A stretch of DNA of 64,000 nucleotides, taken from NCBI GenBank assembly GCA_964493715.1, contig CAZBPC010000001.1, positions 76,383 to 140,382 of the forward strand, read 5' to 3'. Both the position numbers and the translations under genes were made by a program. This document shows, piece by piece, positions 58,838 through 64,000 of the stretch (positions within the stretch are counted from its first letter, which is position 1; every line of letters starts with the position of its first letter). This stretch comes from an uncultured archaeon (GTDB taxonomy: Archaea > Asgardarchaeota > Lokiarchaeia > Sigyniarchaeales > SOKP01). The notes below the pieces were generated by a model. The model was not told the origin of the DNA, made no database searches, and saw only the letters and a list, made by a program, of their open reading frames with translations.

Positions 58838-61759
58838 TCATTTTTTGAATTTATATATCTTTTTATCTGCTTGCTTTCTTCCAGCCGTGTAGATGATTGT
58901 TCCCGGTACTGAAATGAATCCAATGATGAGACCTACTGCCCATAAAAATTCGCCTTCGGATAGATTGAATTCAGGTGGACTTGGATTCCCAGTTAAAGAA
59001 ATTTGCGTTTCTCCCATTAATATCGATTCAGATGCATAACCATCATTTATGTAAATTAATATTCGGTATGAATCCGTATTAAGTGGCGTGTAAAGGAGTG
59101 AAAATATCGTATATGTCAAAAAATCCTTCTGAGTAAATTCAATGTTTTTAAAGAACACCTGATCCTTATATATCTCGATATAAGCATGACCTTCAAATAA
59201 TGGAGTCTGCCCGGTGCCAAATTTTTGAGACGCGTTGATCGTAATCAATAAGGTCTTAGAAGTATTTGTCCATGACACGCTTTTTATTAATTCATAGTAG
59301 GTACTAATAAAGATCTCTTGAGTAGCTATCTTATCCAAACCTTCATATACAGAGATGTATCCTGAAGCTAAAGGATAACAGGAAGGATCCGCAGGAATGT
59401 AAATTGATTTTTCATAAGTTCCGTCTGGAAGTACATCTAACACACTTGAACCTGCGAATTCGGATTCAAATTTTACAGTGGCATAAGGTCCGAATTTTTC
59501 CAATACCAGGTTACCTAATTCTACCGATAAATGACAGTATTCACCTAGTAGTATAGGTCCATCTTGAGTCGCATCTATTCGCACATCATCATTTCTTGCC
59601 ATTTCAAATATCCATCCAAAAATACATGGCTCTATTTGTTCCCTCTCTGAAGTGAGAAAAAATTGGTTAAATTCGTTCGAATAAATCGACTGGATTAGAG
59701 ATTGCGTTTGAGTTATGTTAAATTGAACGGAAAGGTCATATAAACTCGCAATTTTATAGCAATAATAGATATTTTTAATATTAGTATAATTGAGGTTCGC
59801 TTCTACAAATTGCTGAACTTTTACATGGTTGAGATCCGGCTCTCCTAATGCATTTAGGATATATAATGCTTGATAGGTGTTTTCCAAGGCTTTTTCTAGA
59901 GTATTATCGTGGAATGGCAATAAATAAATAAAATTAGCAGTTTCTACCAAGCTTCGAGAAATATGGGTAATTAGAGCATCTGCATCCATTAAAAGATCTC
60001 GTAATGGACCTACATTCAACTCCTTGGTAAGAAGCTCTAAGGACCGAATAGCATTATAGGAGTTCTCGAATACTATAGTTTTTGCTTGCCTTTCGTCAGA
60101 AAATATCATGTCTTGCACTGACATACAAAATCCCCCGAACAACTGAGATTTAGAGGGATTTAAGTATTGCGCGTTAGTGATCCCATGAATCACGGTACTC
60201 AAGTTTATATCGCTCTTTAGATCATCCATTTTAAATAGTATCTCTAACACGTTTAATGCATCGAGCATCCATTCTAGTGAAAAATAATTTCTCACTTCAG
60301 GAATGATATTATAATCGCTAAATGTTATAAATTCTATAGGATGGGATCGAAACCATCCCCTAGTAATATCCATATCAGTACTTCCCAAGAATCCATAGCC
60401 ATCCACTGAATCGAAATACTTTATAGTAGCACTAATCCAATCGTATAATTGTTGTATCGGAAGTTCACTTAGACGGTTCATAACATCATAAGAACCTATC
60501 AATGACTGTAATTGAGCTAATGATTGGTAGTCGTTAGTTAGAGGAGCATATCCTCCTTTTGATTTACAAAAGGAAATAAAAGATGCCACTTGAGCCTTTT
60601 CTAATAGGCTAAGAGAATTAAGCTCACTCGTTCCTTCTAAAGATCGAACAATCTCAAAAGTATCAATGAGTTCATGATAAGGAACCGTGCTGGATGATAC
60701 CCATCCTCCCAAGTGAGTTCTTCCGTCCAATATGAATGAGATTAATTGAGTTCTGTCAATTCCTGTAAATCCCATTATATCAGATAATTCCAATCCGATT
60801 GCACTAGCTACGATATTACTTTCATTGAGTGGATATGGAAATTGAGATACAGAGAAAAAATTCTTGTCTGAATCGTATAATGCTTCCAAATAACCATAAA
60901 AATCTTGTATGTCGATAGTTTGTTCCATTCCAAGCACTTCCAATGACTTTATTGCATAAAACGATGAACGTAAGTTAGGATCAAATGCATCAATAGAATT
61001 AAAGGATATGTCCAGATCATTATAAAACCCCCCACTCCCGGCTTGTAATGAATTTAAGTACACTATCAGATCATCTATCACATTTTGATAGGGCGTCCAA
61101 TCGCTCAATAACATATCTAAAGTGATGAGCGCATAGTAGGTATTATCGGCAGTTGATATTAAATATTTTGGCTCTAAATTCATGTCAAAGGGTCTTCCAA
61201 TGAACCCTGAAGTGATGGGATTATAACAGCTCCAGATAAAATCAATGAGTTTCTGGGAATCAATCGATCCTAATTGATATAGCATGTTCAGGGAAAGAAG
61301 TCCGTAGCAGGTGACTTCAAGCACGCTGGTCAAGGGATAAAATTTTTCCTCAAAATCGACATCCAAGTATCTATAAGTTGTATCATCAATGAAGCAAGAG
61401 TTCAACGGCATGCAATGACTCATTATATATTGTCCAACTGCAACTTCATCCACTTGCGAAAGTTTTCCAAGAGCCCGTAATGTAGAAAGTGCTTGATATG
61501 TAGCTTGAAGGGTAGGTTGGTAATAACTTGAGAAGTAACCATTAGCATTATATTCAGCCGTCTTTTCGGTCAAAATATCCTCCAGAAATTCCATAGTAGC
61601 ATCAGAAGTGAGAGGAGAGAACTCTTGCTGGTCAAATGAGGAATATTTACCCCGCCCAACTGATTGTTGCCCCGCTACATTGTAAAAGATTGAAAATAAG
61701 AGTGTACAAATGGTACATATCAACAATAGACCCATGCTTACCTTCATGTATAATTTCAT
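58838..61759 (-). CDS. Secreted/membrane-anchored prenyltransferase-squalene-cyclase (alpha/alpha barrel) repeat protein
   Basis: N-terminal signal or TM, C-terminal TM; repeated 'F...(C/Q)....GGF...........T(Y/F).A...L..L' units. Confidence 0.72.
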   Translation of the reverse strand: MKLYMKVSMGLLLICTICTLLFSIFYNVAGQQSVGRGKYSSFDQQEFSPLTSDATMEFLEDILTEKTAEYNANGYFSSYYQPTLQATYQALSTLRALGKLSQVDEVAVGQYIMSHCMPLNSCFIDDTTYRYLDVDFEEKFYPLTSVLEVTCYGLLSLNMLYQLGSIDSQKLIDFIWSCYNPITSGFIGRPFDMNLEPKYLISTADNTYYALITLDMLLSDWTPYQNVIDDLIVYLNSLQAGSGGFYNDLDISFNSIDAFDPNLRSSFYAIKSLEVLGMEQTIDIQDFYGYLEALYDSDKNFFSVSQFPYPLNESNIVASAIGLELSDIMGFTGIDRTQLISFILDGRTHLGGWVSSSTVPYHELIDTFEIVRSLEGTSELNSLSLLEKAQVASFISFCKSKGGYAPLTNDYQSLAQLQSLIGSYDVMNRLSELPIQQLYDWISATIKYFDSVDGYGFLGSTDMDITRGWFRSHPIEFITFSDYNIIPEVRNYFSLEWMLDALNVLEILFKMDDLKSDINLSTVIHGITNAQYLNPSKSQLFGGFCMSVQDMIFSDERQAKTIVFENSYNAIRSLELLTKELNVGPLRDLLMDADALITHISRSLVETANFIYLLPFHDNTLEKALENTYQALYILNALGEPDLNHVKVQQFVEANLNYTNIKNIYYCYKIASLYDLSVQFNITQTQSLIQSIYSNEFNQFFLTSEREQIEPCIFGWIFEMARNDDVRIDATQDGPILLGEYCHLSVELGNLVLEKFGPYATVKFESEFAGSSVLDVLPDGTYEKSIYIPADPSCYPLASGYISVYEGLDKIATQEIFISTYYELIKSVSWTNTSKTLLITINASQKFGTGQTPLFEGHAYIEIYKDQVFFKNIEFTQKDFLTYTIFSLLYTPLNTDSYRILIYINDGYASESILMGETQISLTGNPSPPEFNLSEGEFLWAVGLIIGFISVPGTIIYTAGRKQADKKIYKFKK

Positions 61760-61988
61760 TTTTGTAACCTAAAAATATTGCATTTAACCCTAACTGAATC
61801 TATAAGTATTTAAATAAAAAAAGAAAAAAACTCTCAACATTACTTAAATTAATGTTATCTAATCAGATTATGTTTAATCCTAATTTTGATAAGAAAAAGC
61901 GAAAAAATGGAAAACCCGATTGACACATGAAAAATAAGGTAAAAATAGAAAGAGTAAAAAATGTCAGTCTCCAATTGGAGACCAATCA

Positions 61989-63218
61989 TCATGGTCCTAC
62001 CACCTGCAGGGGGGGACCTTTTGGATAATAGTAATTACGCACCTTGATGGTAATCTTCTCGCTACCCGGTGTTCCTAACGGAATGATCATTTTTGAACTG
62101 GAAAACTCGTGTTCATAATCTATTGGTGATTTATTTAATAAAATAAATGATCCTAAATTGGTTCTAACAGCATGCAAGTAATATTCAAAGCTTTCATGAG
62201 GATTAAAGATTTTCTGAGCGGCCCCCAATTTAACCTCCATTAGCGATTGAACCAAGGGCATCTCCTCCTCTTGCTCAATTAACCCGAACTTGATCATGAT
62301 TTTCCGGAGCAGTTCAGATGATTTCACCAAGCTTTTAAACCCTTCCACTCGCAAGTGATTGAACACATTCTGTTCCACTTGATGTTGAATGGTACTCATT
62401 TGTATCCCAAGATGAGAGCAAATAGTATTTACTTTTAATCGTTTCTGCTTGTCACATAACGCAACAATGCTACAAACGACCCCAGCAATAACATCATCTT
62501 TCGTGCATTTAATAGTTTCCCAGAAAGTGTACATTATTCTTTTAGCGGTATCGTAAAACTCCATGTTCATTCCAAATTGTTCTGTTATCTGTAATATTTT
62601 TTGTAGAATGTAATTCTTCCGATCTCGCTTTTGGTAATACGGGATAAAGTTCTTCACTTGGAGCTTGAAGGCGTTAAATTCTTTCTTGGTTATTCGGGAA
62701 ATCTCAAGGAGTTCTTGTTCATTAATCCCCTTGCAATTTAGCTTAAAATGAAGGTAAATGGTAATTGGTACCAACTTCTCCGGACTCCTGAATTTCGTTC
62801 CAGGTTGTAACACTTTTCTAATGGCACTAAATTGTTTGAAAATCGGTTGTAATTCAGATAATGGAAGGGCTAAACCTGATAAGATCCTCCTAATCTCTTT
62901 TTGAGCTTTAATCTTCACGTCTTCCTCACGATCTCGCTCTGAATCAAGTTTTTGCCATTTTTGCAATTGAACTGATTGAGCTTTGGTAACTCGTTCTTTA
63001 TAAAATCCTATTTGAGTTTTTCCACGAGGAGCGTTTTGAATTACGGCTTCATCATAAGGATGATGGTATTCAAAGACTAAACTTGAGAGAATTATTCCAC
63101 AATTCGCACATACGTACCCTTCCCGGGTTTGTTTGATGTCCGTGGAATTGCACGCATCACAAGCGGAAATATCATTGTCTACTGAATACTCTTCTTGCTG
63201 CCATTTTTTTATTACCAT
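61989..63218 (-). CDS. Divergent transcription initiation factor B (TFB/TFIIB) paralogue
   Basis: N-terminal Zn ribbon CDAC...GYVCANCG; two cyclin-like repeats (EIRRILSGLALP...RSPEKLVPITIY; ILQITEQFGM...ICSHLGIQMSTI); C-terminal extension. Confidence 0.8.
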   Translation of the reverse strand: MVIKKWQQEEYSVDNDISACDACNSTDIKQTREGYVCANCGIILSSLVFEYHHPYDEAVIQNAPRGKTQIGFYKERVTKAQSVQLQKWQKLDSERDREEDVKIKAQKEIRRILSGLALPLSELQPIFKQFSAIRKVLQPGTKFRSPEKLVPITIYLHFKLNCKGINEQELLEISRITKKEFNAFKLQVKNFIPYYQKRDRKNYILQKILQITEQFGMNMEFYDTAKRIMYTFWETIKCTKDDVIAGVVCSIVALCDKQKRLKVNTICSHLGIQMSTIQHQVEQNVFNHLRVEGFKSLVKSSELLRKIMIKFGLIEQEEEMPLVQSLMEVKLGAAQKIFNPHESFEYYLHAVRTNLGSFILLNKSPIDYEHEFSSSKMIIPLGTPGSEKITIKVRNYYYPKGPPLQVVGP

Positions 63219-64000
63219 TTAATAACCACTTATTTTAATATTTTTTAGTCGATCTAGTCGACCACAATTTTATATTGCATGAGTTTGATTTTTGAACCTT
63301 ATCTTTCTCACTTTTTGTCACTCGGATCACTAATTCTAAAGGGATCATAATAAATTTTCATAAAAAATTGGAGAGATAGAAAACAAAAATATTAAAATTG
63401 TTTAATAATCTTTATAATTAAGAAGAAGAGAGGAGAGATAGAAAAATCGAACTTGAAAATATATTTCACTGATTTCATTTCGTGGATCACCCCCAAAAAT
63501 AACTCGTGAAGAAGTAGACGCACATCGATGTTATTTCTTAAATTGACTCCAATAATGAAAAAGAATAGCTTTCTCATTATCTATCTAAATGAGGAAACAG
63601 TTTACTTTGGTTGATTATCACACATGCTCTCATTTTTTAATTTTGCTTCCTCAAATCCCTTTTCATGCGTGCTACTCTTTATTTTTAAGAACTTATTTAA
63701 ACTCAACTAAACTTTAAAAATTTGAGTTACTCCTTTTTAAGGTTATTATTATTTTATAATGTAATATAGATTGGAGATATGAATTTTCCATCAAGTCGAT
63801 GTAGAATTGCAAAAGTCAAAAAAATCATAGAGCAGTATCTTAATGCCCTAAAAAAAGGATCCTAAAATATTTTTCACATTATTAGGTGGATGTAAAATTC
63901 AGTAGTTATAAGACCCAAATTAATGGCGTGTTTTTTGTAAAATAAAATTTCCTAAAAAGTTTATAACTATTTAGCTTCTTTTGATTACACGGTGATTATA

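Noticed and set aside
62005-62030. C-terminal KGPP of the TFB paralogue as an RGPP-like ribosome arrest motif
   Set aside because: A four-residue match lacking the Arg is too weak without conservation data.
38353-63218. Integrated mobile element (provirus or ICE) as the explanation for the right-hand block
   Set aside because: No integrase, transposase, relaxase, capsid or replication gene recognised; no att-like duplication of either tRNA 3' end and no terminal repeats seen. Any compositional shift was not quantified.
1-64000. CRISPR array, rRNA gene or ORB-containing replication origin
   Set aside because: No regularly spaced repeats, rRNA signature or ORB boxes with cdc6/orc1 were seen by eye.

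Overview
AT-rich archaeal chromosomal window. The gene content points to an Asgard archaeon, most likely Lokiarchaeia: aCPSF1, proteasome beta, TFB, a diphthamide-less EF-2 paralogue, BHB-intron tRNA and ITPK1-like kinases. The left ~38 kb is mostly housekeeping and metabolic. It holds two tRNAs (tRNA-Gln(CTG) with two BHB introns, and tRNA-Gly(CCC)), a histidine-kinase pseudogene, an inositol-phosphate cluster (ino1, an MFS transporter and four ATP-grasp/ITPK1-like genes) and two eukaryote-like proteins (a PCI/winged-helix plus appendage-like protein, and an IFT52-like GIFT protein). The right ~25 kb (38.35-63.2 kb) is a block of mostly uncharacterised genes: a divergent TFB paralogue, Hef/FANCM-like and SWIM-containing Hel308-like helicases, a membrane-anchored HhH protein, a membrane operon with a catalytically degenerate HerA/VirB4-like protein, a HEPN-like protein, ThiF and GNAT enzymes, and a structured non-coding element. 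About ten transcription units in that block have a T-tract where the purine-rich BRE normally sits, directly upstream of the TATA box. The best candidate for an undescribed system is therefore an alternative-TFB regulon for membrane-associated DNA processing or transfer. All assignments come from reading motifs by eye; no searches or folding programs were run.
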